From assembly GCF_009914755.1 (NCBI RefSeq), contig NC_060929.1: a stretch of 64,000 bases of DNA; one strand, given 5' to 3'. Numbering within the stretch: the stretch's first letter is position 1; each line of letters opens with the position of its first letter. The notes beneath the pieces were generated by a model. It saw only the letters and a program-made list of their open reading frames with translations. It searched no databases and was not told the origin of the DNA. The stretch is from the human T2T-CHM13v2.0 reference genome, Homo sapiens. Shown here in pieces: positions 30,876 to 45,300 of this stretch. A program made the translations under genes and the position numbers.

Positions 30876-32027
30876 GTAAACTGATGAGTTTAAATTATAT
30901 AAATCCAACAAGGATATAAAGCACTAGATTAGTTCAAGGGGAAGGAGATGAGGTTGAAGAAGATACAATTCAGATTATAAAAAAATTATTTTAGTTCTGG
31001 GACAGACTTTTGAATTACATTGTTTCTTCTTAGCTAAATTTTCCTATGTTTGTGGAAACTTTTGATAAAAGATTTGCCTTCTTTCAGTGATAAGCCAACT
31101 TCCACCAATGGAATTTCTTCTCTGTAAAAAAATCTCTCAGCAATATATCTGGAAACTCATGTCTGAAAGGGCAGATCTGAAGACATAAAGCTGATATAAT
31201 TCCTGATGTCAGCTTCAAATAATTGAGCTGCATTCCTGCTAGTGCTTGTCACCGACAAATACAATTTAACCAATGATTCTTAGTGAAAAGGATAACATTT
31301 GCTGTAAGAAGTCCAGGAATCCCACTCACTATGGCAGGGGCAAGGCTTGTTGTGTCACATTCCCATTTTAACTGCATATTGCATTTTGTTAACCAGGCCC
31401 TGCATCTCATGACGTTTGTGATGGAACTAAGGCATTTCAGCTACTCCCATAGCCACAGCCCTGGAGTGATTTATGATTTTGGTGAAGTGCTCTGAGTTTT
31501 GGTGAACACTGTTAGAATAAAATATCTTCTGAAGAAGAGTGGCTGCTAGGGGAAAAAGTCAACTAGGAATGACCTCCTAGGTCTAATAATAATCATTTTG
31601 GAATACTAGAAAGAGCATGGTGTTAGGATTTTGAAACATTTAAATTTTATTCCTCTCTTCATCGTTCAGTAGACCTTTGTACTAGAATGTGACTTCAAAA
31701 TTTTCTGAACCTCAGTTTTCTTCTCTGCAAAAATGGAAAAGCTGATAGTAACCTCAAAGGGCTATTGGGAAGATGAAATGAGAAGATGTATGGAACTAGC
31801 AGTCTCACTGCCTCACATATAGTAGGCGCCCAATAAGAGCTTCTCTTTCCTCCTTCACCCAAATCATCATCCCTTCAACATTCTTACAGACCAGGTATCT
31901 GTAGACTGCTGGTTGGTTTATGTGACAGTTATTTCTGATCTCCTATCTGAATGCCTTCTGCTCTCCATGCTGGTAAAGCTACATATTGCTTTTCAAGCTT
32001 CCCTTGCATCTGGCGATGGAGGACATA

Positions 32028-32125
32028 TTAGGTTGTTGCAAAAGTAATTGTGTTTGTTGCCATTAAAAGTAATAGCAAAATTACTTTTAATGGCAAAAAC
32101 TGCCATTACTTTTGCACCAACCTAA
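32028..32125. mobile_element. MADE1 (Hsmar1-derived MITE)
   Basis: Terminal inverted repeats ttaggttgttgcaaaagtaat / attacttttgcaccaacctaa with TA on both sides. Confidence 0.93.
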
Positions 32126-32313
32126 TACTTCTGGCCAATAGAACAAAAAAGAAAGTCTCCTGAAAGTTTTCAAAGACTGTTTTTGCTTTTCTGATAAACA
32201 GACAGAAGCAACTGGAAACACTCTATTTTCTTCCTACATTGAATTCTTGGGTCTATGATAACAAGTTAAGCAGCCACAAGAAATTAATACAGTTAGCTAT
32301 TGAAAGGTCTTAT

Positions 32314-33139
32314 TGATACAGGAGGGGGACAGGGAACTGCTGGGTAGACAAGGGCAGGGTTTCTGGTGAGGGCTCCACCCTCAGGCCTGTGCCCACGGAC
32401 CTAAGTGAGAATAGGCACTCCTGTTTTCGCGTTCAAATGTTGCATCTTCCAACACCACTCTGGTCCACCATGCCCCCCTGTCCTGTGCCCATATAAGCCC
32501 GCGACCTCATGGGCACAGACACAAGTGGCTGAATGTCGAGAGGAGCAGAGGAACACACCCACAGATAGCAGCAGACACCGGCAGACCAGTGACAGTGAAA
32601 TGACCCAGACACCAAGGAGAGTTTGGCTGGGGGCGGTCAGAGGAGAGTCCGGCCACTGGGTGGTCCAACTCCAGGGGAAGACCACCTTTCCACTCCATCC
32701 CCACTTCTGGCTCCCCATACATCTCACTGAGACCCAGCTCCATTACTCAGTAAAACCTTGCACTATCCTTCAAGCCCACGTGTGATCTGATTTTTCTGGT
32801 ACTGTGGGCAAGAACTCGGGATACAGAAAGCTGTCACACTGGCCCTCTGCCTTTGCAATAAGGAAGAGGGTCTAATTGAGCCGATTAACACAAGCTGTCT
32901 GCAGATGGCAAAGCTGAAAGAGCACACTGTTAACACGTGCTCACTTGGGCTTTGAGAGTCATAGACATCCACCCCTAGACACCGCCATAGGGCCGGAGCC
33001 CAAAAAACACTCCACACGGCCTCTGTACCTGCCTGTCTGCATGCTCCCCCTTGGTGTTTGAGCAGCGGGGCTACTAAAGGAGCAAACCACACTCCTGTTG
33101 AACATCCAGTGAGAGGGATAAGGGAACTCTCCCGTTTCA
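32314..33139 (+). mobile_element. ERV1 solo LTR (LTR1/LTR27/LTR28/MER52 group)
   Basis: TG...CA ends, 4-bp TSD ttat, GC-rich, agtaaa signal near 32750. Confidence 0.9.
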
Positions 33140-33861
33140 TTATGATTTTATTTTGGGATATGAGTAATAATGATCACTGATATTTATTGAATGCTCTCTG
33201 TGGACAGGCAAGCACACTAACCTCTGTGTGGATGATCTCATTTAATCCCCACAACAACCTCAGGAGCAGACACTCCTATTACATCCATTTCATAGCAAGA
33301 AGAGCAGTCCCTCTAGTCACTGTGTCTCATCATTCCTTCATGATTCCATCCCATGTGGCAACCTTAGCCATTATATCCAAAATTCCATACCAAAATAGAA
33401 CTCCTTACAGACTTCATAAAACCAAATCTAATTCGATTTTCTTTAACTTGGAATTATTTACATTCTTATTTTTCTCCACATGCCTATATAATGGAAAAGA
33501 AATAGAATAATTGAAATCTTTCTTTTCAGTAACCTCCATAGCAGGGTTACTAATTACCTCCTACCTCTGCTGAACATTTCATTGGCTAGTCTTTCGAATT
33601 GGCATCTCGATGTTCTTCATGTGATAGTTTCATAGTTTCTAATGATAAAGCATGTGTTTTAGAAGCACAAAAACCAGTTACTATAAAGCCTAAGATTTCC
33701 TTACGCCTATTATTTCTTATTTTTAATTAGTCTACGTGTTTCCTCTTCTGTCTAAAAAGTGAATAGCTGAAGAATTCGATTACCTACTCGTGTTCTACAG
33801 GAAGGCTATATGATAGATTAAATTATCAACATCTTAATTTGTGCATTTTATTTTTCTTCAG

Positions 33862-36766
33862 GCTTTTTCTTCTTTCCTGTCTGATCCAATGAGGTAGGTT
33901 TTTATAGCTCCTTACCCTAGGGAAAGTAGAAATATTTTCATGACCACAGTTCTTCCTACTTTTGCAAAAGGCTAAACTACTTGTCTATAAACCCAGGTTA
34001 GATCCCCAGCATGGAAACTTCCTAATAAGAGTGAAAAAGGAACTGATATTAGCAGGCGTTAGTCAGGTAACTTAGCAACACAGTGTTAGTTAACATAGAT
34101 AATACGTATAGTTAGCATAGATGTTAGAATATTTGCAGTAAAAGGGTATTTACATCATGTGTTCGAACAGACAATCATTAAGACAAAAATTTTTATTTAC
34201 AGCTGGATCAAAGGTTTCTTCTTAAATGATAATGCTGCCAATACTTCATGAAAATAGAGATAATAAAAATGGAAGCTTTTCACAAACATTCATTTGGAGC
34301 CCCATACCTTAATTATTTCAGCTTTTTACTTGTATGAATTTAAGTTTACTGTTTTCCTCTTTTTTTAAGTTATGAAATGATTTTTTTAAAATTATGGGAT
34401 AAAGGGACTTACTTTGTTTAAAATTCTTATTTGTTTAAGTGAACAAATAACTAGTCATTGGCCTATTAAAAAAAAACTTTTCCAAAATGTTGCCTTAGGA
34501 AACAAATCTGGGTTTAATTTTTGAGAAATGCACACACAAATTGAAAAAAATGGAAATTCTATCCTCTGCACTCTTTCATGCGCTTAAAAAAACTGCTGAC
34601 ACTACTTTAAAAAATCAACCACTGAAAAGTGTTTTTTAACCTACACTCTCAATCTATGTTAATAATCTTGAAAATCTCTCTGTAAAATTCCATATTCATT
34701 GGTTGTGGTGGACCTATATAATTCCGTTTCCTTAAGCCTTAAAAAACAAAGATGCTTTTAAAATGGATTAAACTAAAAACAGCTTGAATTCTGGATGATT
34801 AGATTTGAAAGATTCCAGATCTTTGTGTCATATTGACATTCTCTTTTGTTGAACTACCTCAAATATCACAAAACAGCCATTTAATAAAGCAAAGCCAAAT
34901 ATATTTGTTAGAACTCACTGCAGTGAGGTAGAACACCACCTTGCCAGGGTAACAGCTGTACCTCCCAAGGGGGAGTGCATGTTCACAGGATGTTGGGGTC
35001 TAAGGCATTTCATGATGGAAGGAAGATAGAGATTGGGTAAAATTTGTGATATGGTAGTTTAGTGTTGGTGGACAGAGTAAGGTGAGTATCTTATGGGAAG
35101 AATTGATTAACTATTATTTGACAGGTGAGCTCTTTGTCCAAGTAATCAAACTACTGTCTCAGATAAATTGATTTGCATGAATATCTTGAAGCAAACAATA
35201 TTTAGTGGTTTATAGTCTTTGTCTTTCCTGGGTAAAGTTACCATGGGAGAACTAAATCGTGTTAATACAGGTTATCTCGGTTTGCATTTTTCGTTTTGAT
35301 ATACATCTAGTTTACTCTTTTTACAGAGATTCTGAGTTGTGAGTCCAAAGTGTTATCACAGTATAGGTAAGCCTATGAGCTTTGGAGAAATTTATCTTGT
35401 TAGATTTACTCTACTGTGTTCAGCAAAAAGGGTTGTGGAAGGGTTGCAGTTAGAAGATGGGAAAGATGGGAAAAAGGTATACCATTAAATCTGCGGTGGT
35501 GAACTCTTGGCTGTATTTGAGGAGAAGTGATTTTTACCACTCAGAATCATCTTTAGAATATGATATGCTAGGACTATTATCTTCAGGTCCATATTTTACA
35601 GAATGCTGTCCTGATGTGGGCCCAGAGAACTTACTCTGAGAAGGAAGCAAAATTTGCTAGCAAAATACTCAATGCTCTTAGAAGAAATGATAATGACAAA
35701 ACCTTTGTGCAAGAGGCAAGGTAGTTGTGACTATATATATCTGCATGACAAGAATGATGTCTACACTTATTTATTTTCAATTAATAAATCATTTTAGCTG
35801 CTTACCAACAAAGCATGCCAGTTTCCAGTTTTTCCATAGTTATAGACTTTGCTTTAGTTATTTTATGTTAGCTAATGATTCTACTATCAGATTTGGTATA
35901 TTTTGGATGGTGAGATCAATTCTGTACAGACTGTAAGAGGTAAGTCTTTTTCCAAATTCATAATTATATTTCTGATTGCCTGTGTACAAATATTTGTAGT
36001 TGTTCTGTGACTTTACTAGCTTAAATTCTACTCTTGATTCTACTGTTAATTACTTGGGTCTTCTCCCAGGCTGCTAGTTTGGCCATTCTTCGATATTCTG
36101 AAATAAGCATAAAGGGAAGTGGGCTCCATTTTCCCTGCTAAGCTGAGAAATGCACCTCAGAGGTAGTAAGTTAGAAGTGACCAGCAAGAGTAAAACAGCC
36201 AATCAACAGCTGATATTGAAGTGTGACCCCAGGCAGGTCACTTAAACCAACTGAACCTTTTCATCTGTATATGAAAAAAACATAATGCTCATCTCTTAAT
36301 GTTGTTATGAGAATTAAATAGAGAAAATATACATCAAGCATTGAGCAGAATGCTTGATACATAATTAATGATTGCTGCTATTGTATTTATTAAATATTTT
36401 TCATAAATATGTTACATATTTACTATATTAAAAATACATGGGATAGAGCAAAATAATTGGTATTTTATCTCTGTATTCTCCAAATGAAGAGTTAGATGGA
36501 TTGGTATCATCTGTACTAGGAAATCATTGGGGGGGGAATATCAATAACAGGGAATGATTGGTATGTGGTATCTCTTTATAGTTACTAGTATTTTGAATAC
36601 CTACAATATATGCCTTAGGGATTTTTTGCTATTGTTTTTCTGATTGTTATTTCCATCTTACAGCTTTATTTTCTTCCTGACTACTGGTGGTATTCTAAAT
36701 ATGTTAGTAAATGTATTCTTTTTATGGAGCATTCGTTTTCAACCAGAAAACTAATAGAATTTGAAG
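33862..36766 (+). pseudogene. AAA1 lid and AAA2 exons (33862-33893, 34203-~34330, 35327-35366, 35587-35720, 35891-35939, 36664-36766)
   Basis: Strong splice sites (ttcttcag/gtaggt, ttttacag/gtaagc, tatcag/gtaagt). PYFTECCPDVGPENLL*EGS/FASKILNAL..GK|IWYILDGEINSVQTVR matches the AAA2 Walker B (cf. KWIVFDGPVDAxWIE). KLIEFEV (cf. LIFEV). Confidence 0.75.
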
Positions 36767-37238
36767 TATTCACTAAGTATGCCAGGGTTTCTCTGAAAAA
36801 TACTTGATCATAGTGATGATGTTTGAGTTTTGTTTGCTCAAGTCTTACCTAACAAAACCTATTCCACTACCCCCTTATTGTTCAAATGATGAGATGTGGA
36901 AAACAGAGGAGAATAAATGCAAGAGTTTCAGCATTAGAAATAAAGTGTCAAGTTGGGAGCCCACGAATCTGCCCTATTAAGACTTGCTCTATAGAAAATG
37001 ATTTTTTTCCTTACAACTTTGTTAAATCATCAAGTATAAATGAAAAATTAAACAGATGTGAAATTGCAGTTCTTTAGAATGAAACACTACAAAAGTCAAA
37101 GTGAATAATTTTTTGTAATAATCAAACTCTAAAGGTAGAACAAATGTTATTTTAAAATATCACAACTTTGAGTTTGCTTTGATCATGTTAGTTTTCTTAA
37201 AACAACATGCTAAATGAATTTATTCTCAAAATTCTCAG

Positions 37239-37855
37239 TGACACATACTTTCTATTTTGTCTTACTTCCCACAAGTTTGAATGAATTAATACTACTTTGG
37301 TATTTTGGATCAGATTTTTGGTGTTTGGTGGAAGACTATCAAAGTAAAGAGAGAATTGTTTTTCTTTTCTTGTTAAGTATACAGCCAGTAAGAACAACAA
37401 TATTTTCAAGTTAAAGAGCCATTGCAATCTAATTGAAAACTTCAGGCTAAATGCTGGAAACACTGTGTTTGACCATTCTAAAACAAAAATTGAGAACCGA
37501 TTCTAGTTAGCTTTAAAAAGTAATCTGGCAAATAATCAAGATAGATAATGAGCAGACACAGAAAGGACAATTAAGGAAGGAAATATTCTGAAATGAATAG
37601 AAAGAAGAAACAAGTTAAATAAATAAGGTTTAACAAATACATTCATTTGGCCGAAACATTAAAAACATATTCCTTTGTGTAGAGCAACTTGATTTTCTAA
37701 AGATAACATTGAAGGAATGTTTGCAGCAAACTCTAATGTCTCTGGATTTTGCCCAGATCTAAATAAGGATTAACACCAACCATGCACATGTCTGCTGTGA
37801 ACCCAAGTGATCTGTTAGATCTGTTGCATCTTTCCTCCTATTCTTTGAGGACCAG
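37239..37855 (+). pseudogene. AAA2 C-terminal exons (37239-~37370, 37683-~37855)
   Basis: LLPTSLNELILLWYFGSDFWCLV (cf. ASPATVSRCGMIY..W; recalled DNHD1 SPTVVGCCALVWCGGEQTWQCI). QLDFLKITLKECLQQTL..HAHVCC..VRSVASFL. Confidence 0.6.
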
Positions 37856-38443
37856 AAAATAAATAAAAGATGTACACTTTGAAACTAATAGATTGCTTGA
37901 AACTCACTGAATTGAATTGGCAACTTCTGTAAGATTTGTGCTACTGATGGAACATTGGTAGAACATATGTTTTCAGTTATTTTCTCAGTTTGGGAAATAA
38001 TTTAGGTGACATTTCTTACTCTTTTGGTTGTTGTTCATTGGTAAAACTGTATATACATATTATATGTTTTTAAAATATACAAATTATATATAGCGTTTAT
38101 ATATAATACATATGATGCCAGATGTATATATGATTTAAAATAGAATTACTGAGATTGAATATTGAATCCTGGCTCTATCACTTTCTAACTGTATGCTGTT
38201 GGGTAAAAGATTTAACTTCTGTAAACCTGATATAATACTTATAAAATGAGGATAATCATATAATCGACTCTATAATATTATTGTGAGAATTAAATGAGAA
38301 TATGCAAAGCTCCTAGTATTCTGACTGGCACATAAATATATTGCATATGCCAGTCACTGTGCTAAAAGCTTTACATATATTCTCATGTAATAAAATATAT
38401 TATTTTATATATATTATATATGTAAAAAGCTTTACATACATTC

Positions 38444-38736
<293 letters not shown>

Positions 38737-38765
38737 TAAAACAGTATTTAATCCACATACACACA

Positions 38766-38815
38766 GGAAGGAAGGAAGGAAGGAAGGAAGGAAGGAAGGA
38801 AGGAAGGAAGGGGAC

Positions 38816-38847
<32 letters not shown>

Positions 38848-38848
38848 C
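38766..38848. repeat. (GGAA)11 followed by (GA)n
   Basis: Read directly from the sequence. Confidence 0.97.
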
Positions 38849-39396
38849 AGGAAAGATGTCTGTTTTTTCAAGTAAAATGATCTATGGATCCTACTCAGGC
38901 AAATATTGTCATATTCTGTATTTGACGTTAGTACCATGAACACCATGTTCTAAGCAACTGAACTAATAAACTATGACTTGAGACTAGTCATCTTTGAACC
39001 ATGGTATGCAGCCTTTCATGTATAGGACACGGTAAAATTTGTTAACCCAGTATGCAGGGTGGTGTTGGGGAGCAGCTGCCTGCCATAGTAGTCATAGACA
39101 GCTGGCAACAGTGGCTTGGAAAAGCCATGGAAAATAGTTCTTTTATTAAATGACAAATGGACCAAGGTAAATAATAATCACCCAGTTGCCACTCTTGGCC
39201 CATGTACCATAAACCACCTATGTTCTCTAGCAAAAATGATAGGATCCAGGAGAGGCAATTGCCCATGCATGGAATAGGGGAACTGTTTCATTTTTGGCAT
39301 GCCTTGGAATGTGTTTCATAGGCTTTGGATCATTGAAAAGTCTCAGTAAATCTCTAGCAAATTGAACTAATTTGAAATTGCAACTGATTCCTAGTT

Positions 39397-42300
39397 GTTG
39401 TTGTTTTTTCCTAATTTTATTTTATTTTAAGTTCTGGGGTACATGTGCATGAGGTGCAGGTGTGTTACATAGGTAAATGTGTGCCATGGTGGTTTGCTGC
39501 ACCTGACAACCCATCACCTAGGTATTAAGCTCAGCATGTATTAGCTATTTATCCTGATGCTATCCCTCTCCCAGCCTCCCCTCTGATAGGCCCCAGTGTG
39601 TGTTGTTCTCCTCCCTTTGTCCACGTGTTCTCATTGTTCAGCTCCCACTTATAAGTGAGAACATGTGGTATTTGGTTTTCTGTTCCTGCATTAGTTTGCT
39701 AAGGATAATGGCTTCCAGCTTCATCTATGTCCCTGCAAATGACATGATCTTGTTCCTTTTTGTGGCTGCATAGTATTCCATGGTGTATATGTACCACATT
39801 TTCTTTATCCAGTCTATCACTGATGGGCATTTGAGTTGATTTCATGTCTTTTCCATTGTGAATAATACTGCATTGAACATATGCTTGCATGTATCTTTAT
39901 AACAGAAAGATTTATATTCCTTTGGGTATGTACGCAGTAATGGGATTACTGGGTCACATGGTATTTTTGGTTCTAGGTCTTTGAGAAATCACCACACTGT
40001 CTTCCACAACAGTTGAACTAATTTACATTCTCACCAACAGTGTACAAGCACTCCTATTTCTCCACAGCCTCGCCAGCATCTGTTGTTTCTTGACTTTTTA
40101 ATAATCACTATTCTGACTGACATGAGATGGTATTTCATTGTGGTTTTGACTTGCATTTCTCTAATGATCAGTGATGTTGAACTTTTTTTCATATGTTTGT
40201 TGGTTCCATAAATGTCTTCTTTTGAGAAGTGTCTGTTCATCCCTTTGCCCACTTTTTAATGGGGTTGTTTTTTTCTTGTAAATTTAAGTTCCTTGTAGAT
40301 TCTGGATATTGGATCTTTGTCAGCTGGATACATTGCAAAAATTTTCTCCCATTCTGCAGGTTGCCTGCTCACTCTGATGATAGTTTCTTTTGCTGTGCAG
40401 AAGCTCTTTATTTTAATTAGATCCCATTTGCCATGTTTTGCTTTTGTTGCAATAGCTTTTTCTGTTCTCATCATGAAATCTTTGCCTGTGCCTATGTCCT
40501 GAATGATATTGCCTAGATTTTCTTACAGGGATTTTATAGTTTTTGATTTTACATTTAATTTTTTAATCCATCTTGAGGTACTTTTTGTATAAAGTGTAAG
40601 GAAGGAGTCCAGTTTCAATTTTCTGCATACAGCTAGCCAGTTCTCCCAGTACCATTTATTAAATAGGGAACCCTTTCCCCATTGCTTGTTTGTGTCAGAT
40701 TTGTCAAAGATGAGATGGTTATAGATATGCAGTAATATTTCTAGGTTCTCTATTCTGCTCCATTGGTCTATGTGTCTGTTTTTGTACCAGCACCATGCTA
40801 TTTTGGTTCCTGTAGCCTTGTAGTATAGTTTGAAGTCAGGTAGCATGATGCTTCCAGCTTCGTTCTTTTTGCTTAGGCCTGTCTTGGCTATACCAGCTCT
40901 TTTTTGGTATCATATGAATTTTAAAGTAATCTTTTCTAATTCTGTAAGAATGTCAATGGTAGTTTAATGGGAATAGCATTGAATTTATAAATTACTTTGA
41001 GCAGTATGGCCATTTTCACAATATTGATTCTTCCTATCCGTGAGCATGAACTGTTTCCTTGTGCAGTGGGTTGTAGTCCTTATTGAAGAGGACATTCAAT
41101 TCATATGTTAGCTGTATTTCTAGGTATTTTATTCTCTTTGTAGCTATTGCAAATGGGAGTTCATTCATGATTCAGCTCTCTGCTTGTCTATTGTTGATGT
41201 ATAGGAATGATGATGGGGTTTTCTACATATAGGATCATGTCATCTGTAAATAAAGACAACTTGACTTCTTCTCTTTTTATTTGAATACGCTTTATTTTTT
41301 TTTCTTGCTTGATTGCCCTGGTCAGAACTACCAATACTATGTTGAATAGGAGTGTTGAGAGAGGGCAACCTTGCCTTGTGCTGGCTTTCAAGGGGAATGA
41401 GCCCAGCCTTTGCCCATTCAGTATGATATTGACTGTGGGTTTGTCATAACTGGCTCTTATTATTTTGAGGTATGTTCCATCAATACCTAGCTTATTGAGA
41501 GTTTTTAACATGAAGGGATGTTGAATTTTATCAATAGCTTTTACTGCATCTCTTGAGACAATCATGTGGTTTTTGTCTTTAGTTTTATTTATGTGATGAA
41601 TCACATTTATTGATTTGCTTATGTTGAACCATCCTTGCATCCCAGGGATGAAGCTGACTTGATTATGGTGGATAAGCTTTTTGATGTGCTGCTGGATTCA
41701 GTTTGCCAGTATTTTATTAAGGATCTTTTCACTGATGTTTGTCAGGGTTATTGGCCTGAAGTTTTCTTTTTTTGTTGTATTTCTGCCAGGTTTTGGTATC
41801 AGAAAAATGCTGGCCTCATAAAATGAGTTAGGGAGGAGTCCCTCCTTTTCAATTGTTTGGAATAGTTTTAGAAGAAATGGTACAGCTCCTCTTTGTACCT
41901 CTGGTAGAATTCAGCTGTAAATTCATCTGGTCCTAGGATTTGTTTTTTTTTTTGGTTAGTAGGTTATTTTTTTGCTGCTTCAATTTCAGAACTTGTTATC
42001 GGGCTATTCAGGGATTCAACTTCTTCCTGGGTCAGTCTTGGGGACTGAACCCTTCGGAGGGTGTTTGTGTCCAGGAATTTATCCATTTTTTCTAGATTTT
42101 CTAGTTTATGTGCATAAAGGTGTTTATAGTATTCTCTGATGGTTGTTTGTATTTCTGTGGGGTCATTGGTGATATACCCTTTATCATTTTTTATTATGAT
42201 TATTTGATTCTTCTGTCTTTTCTTCTTTATTAGTGTAGCTAGCAGTTTATCTATCTTATTAATTTTTTTAAAAAACCACCTCCTGGATTCATTGATTTTT

Positions 42301-45300
42301 TGAAGGGATTTTTGTGTCTCTATCTCCCTCAGTTCTGCTCTGATCTTGGTTATTTCTTGCCTTCTGCTAGCTTTAGGTTTTGCTTGCTCTTGGTTTTCTA
42401 GTTCTTTTAGTTGTGATGTTAGGGTGTTGATTTGAGATCTTTCTAGCTTTTTAATGTGGGCATTTAGTGCTGTACATTTCCCTCTTAACACCACTTTAGC
42501 TGTGTCCCAGAGATTCTGGTACATTGTCTCTTTGTTCCTATTGGTTTCAAAGAACTTCTTGATTTCTGCCTTAATTTCATCATTTATTCAGGATTAATTC
42601 AGGAGCAGGTTGTTCAATTTCCATGTAGTTGTGTGGTTTTGAGTAAGTTTCTTAATCTTGAGTTCTAATTTGATTGTGCTGTGGTCTGAGAAACTGTTTT
42701 TTATGATTTTAGGTCTTTTGCATTTGCTGAAGAGTGTTTTGCTTTCAATTATGTGATTGATTTTAGAGTAAGTGTCATGTAGCACTGAGAAAAATGTATA
42801 TTTTGTTGTTCTTGTGTGGAGAGCTCTGTAGATATCTATCAGGTCCACTTGATCCAGAGCTGAATTCAAGTCCTGAATATCCTTCTCAATTTTCTGTCTT
42901 GATGATCTGTCTAATATTGACAATGAGGTATTAAAGTCTCCCACTATTATTGTGTCAGAATCTAAGTCTCTTTATGGGTCTCTAAGAACTTGTTTTATGA
43001 ATCTGGGTTCTCCTGTATTGAGTGCATATATATTTAGGATAGTTAGCTCTTCTTGTTAAATTGAACCCTTTACCCTTAGGTAATGCCCTTCTTTGTCCTT
43101 TTTGATGTTTGCTGATTTAAAGTCTATTTTGTCAGAAACTAGGATTGCAACCCCTGCTTTTTTCTGTTTTCCATTTGCTTGGTAAATTTTCCTCCATCCC
43201 TTTATTTTGAGCCTACGTGTGTCCTTTCATGTGAGATGAGTATCTTGAATTCAGCACACTGGTGGGTCTTGTTTTTTTATCCAGCTTGCCGTTCTGTGTC
43301 TTTTAATTGGGGTGTTTAGCCCATTTACATTTAAGGTTAATATCGTTATGTGTGAATTTGATCCTATTATGATGCTAGCTGGTTATTTTGCAGACTTGTT
43401 GATATAGTTGCTTCATAGCATCATTGGTCTTTGTACTTCAGTGTGTTTTTGTAGTGACTGGTAACGGTTTTTCCTTTCCTTATTTAGTACTTCCCTCAGG
43501 AGCTCTTGCAAGGCAGACCTGGTGGTCATGAATTCCCTCAGCATTTGCTTGTCTAAAAAGGATTTTATTTCTCTTTCACTTAGTTTGGCTGGAATTCTGC
43601 GTTGGAAATTCTTTTCTTTAAGAATGTTGAATATTTGCCCCCAATCTCTTCTGGCTTGTATGGTTTCTACTGATAGGTCTGTTGTTAGACTGATGGGCTT
43701 TCTTTTGTAGGTGACTTCGCCTTTGTCCCTGCTGCCCTTAACATTTTTTCCTTCATTTTGACCTTGAAATATCTGAAGATTATGTGTCTTGGGGTTCATC
43801 TACTCATGGCATATCTTACTGGGGTTCTCTGGATTTCCTGAATTTGAATGTTGGCCTGCCTTGTTAGGTTGGGAAGTTCTCCTGGATCATATCCTGAAAT
43901 ATGTTTTCCAACTTGGTTCTTTTCTCCCCATCTCTTTAGGTTCCCCAATCAGTCATAGGGTCAATCTTTTTACATAATCTCACAGTTCTTGGAGGTTTTG
44001 TTCATTCCTTTTTATTCTTTTTTCTCTAATCTTCTCTGCTTGTCTTATTTCAACAAGATAGTCTTCGAGCTCTGAAATTCTTTCCTCCACTTGGTCTATT
44101 TGGTACTTCCTCCACTTGGTCTATTTGGTACTTCTTTCCTCCACTTGGTCTATTGATACTTGTGGTTGCATCGTGAAGTTCTCGTGTTGTGTTTTTTAGC
44201 TCTATCATGTCATTTATGTTCCTCTCTAAACTGGTAATTCTGATTAACACTTCCTGTAATGTTTTATCATAGTTTTTAGCTTCTTTGCACAGGGTTAGAT
44301 CATGCTCCTTTAGCTCACTGAAGTTCATTTTTATCCATGTTCTGAAGCCTACTTCTCTCAGCTCATCCATCTCATCCTCTGCTCGTTTCTGTTTCCTTGC
44401 TGGAGAGTTGTTGTGACCATTTGGAAGAGAAGATGCACTCTGGCTTTTTGAGTTTTCCATGTTTTTTCAGTGATTCTTTCTCATCTTTGTGACTTTATCT
44501 AGCTTCGATCTTTGAGGCTCCTGACCTTGGGATGGGGTTTTTGTGGGGTCTTTTTTGTTGATGTTGTTGTTGCTTTCTGTTTGTCTTTTTAATAGTCAGA
44601 CCCCTCTCCCATAGGGCTGTGCAATTTGCTTAGGATCCACTCCAGACTCAATTCATCTGGGTCCCTCCTGCAACTGGAAGTATCACCAATGGAGGCTGCT
44701 GAACAGCAAAGATGGCTGCCTGCTCTTTACTCTGGGAGCTCCTCCCAGAGAGGCTGATGCCAATGGAACGCTTCTGTATAGGTTTCTGGTGACCACTGTA
44801 TCTGGTGTCTGGTGACCCCTCTTGGGGGAAGGTCTCGCCCAGTCAGGAGGCACGGGTTCAGGGGCCCGTTTAACAAAGCACTTTGATTGCCCCTTGGTGG
44901 AGGGAGTGTGCTGTGCTGGGGGGGAATCCCACTAATCCAGACGGCCCAGATTCCTCAAAGCCAGCAGGGGAAAGACTAAGTCTGCTGACCTGTGGAGAAC
45001 ATGGCTGCCCCTCCCCCGCAGGGGCTCCATCCCAGGGAAATCAGAGTTCTGTCCATAAACCCCTGGCTGGAGTTGCTGAAATTCCTGCAGGAAGGCCTCA
45101 CCCAGTGAGGAGGGATGGGTCAGGGTCCAGCCTAAAGAGGCAGTCCGGCTATTATCTGCCACAGCCACTGTGCTGCGCTCTGGGGAATTCCTCCTGGGTC
45201 CAAGTCTCCCCTGCACCAGCAGGGGACGAACAGCAGATGGGAGCTGCAGTGGTGGCACCCGCCCCTCCCCGCGGGAACTTGGTAGTCTTAGGCAGTCTCC

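Noticed and set aside
32401-33140. Overlapping GC-rich ORFs of 108-126 aa
   Set aside because: They lie wholly within a solo LTR and show no gag/pol/env similarity.
35587-35720. Cys-rich frame resembling a WAP domain
   Set aside because: Spacing does not fit, and the segment joins the IWYILDG exon of dynein AAA2.
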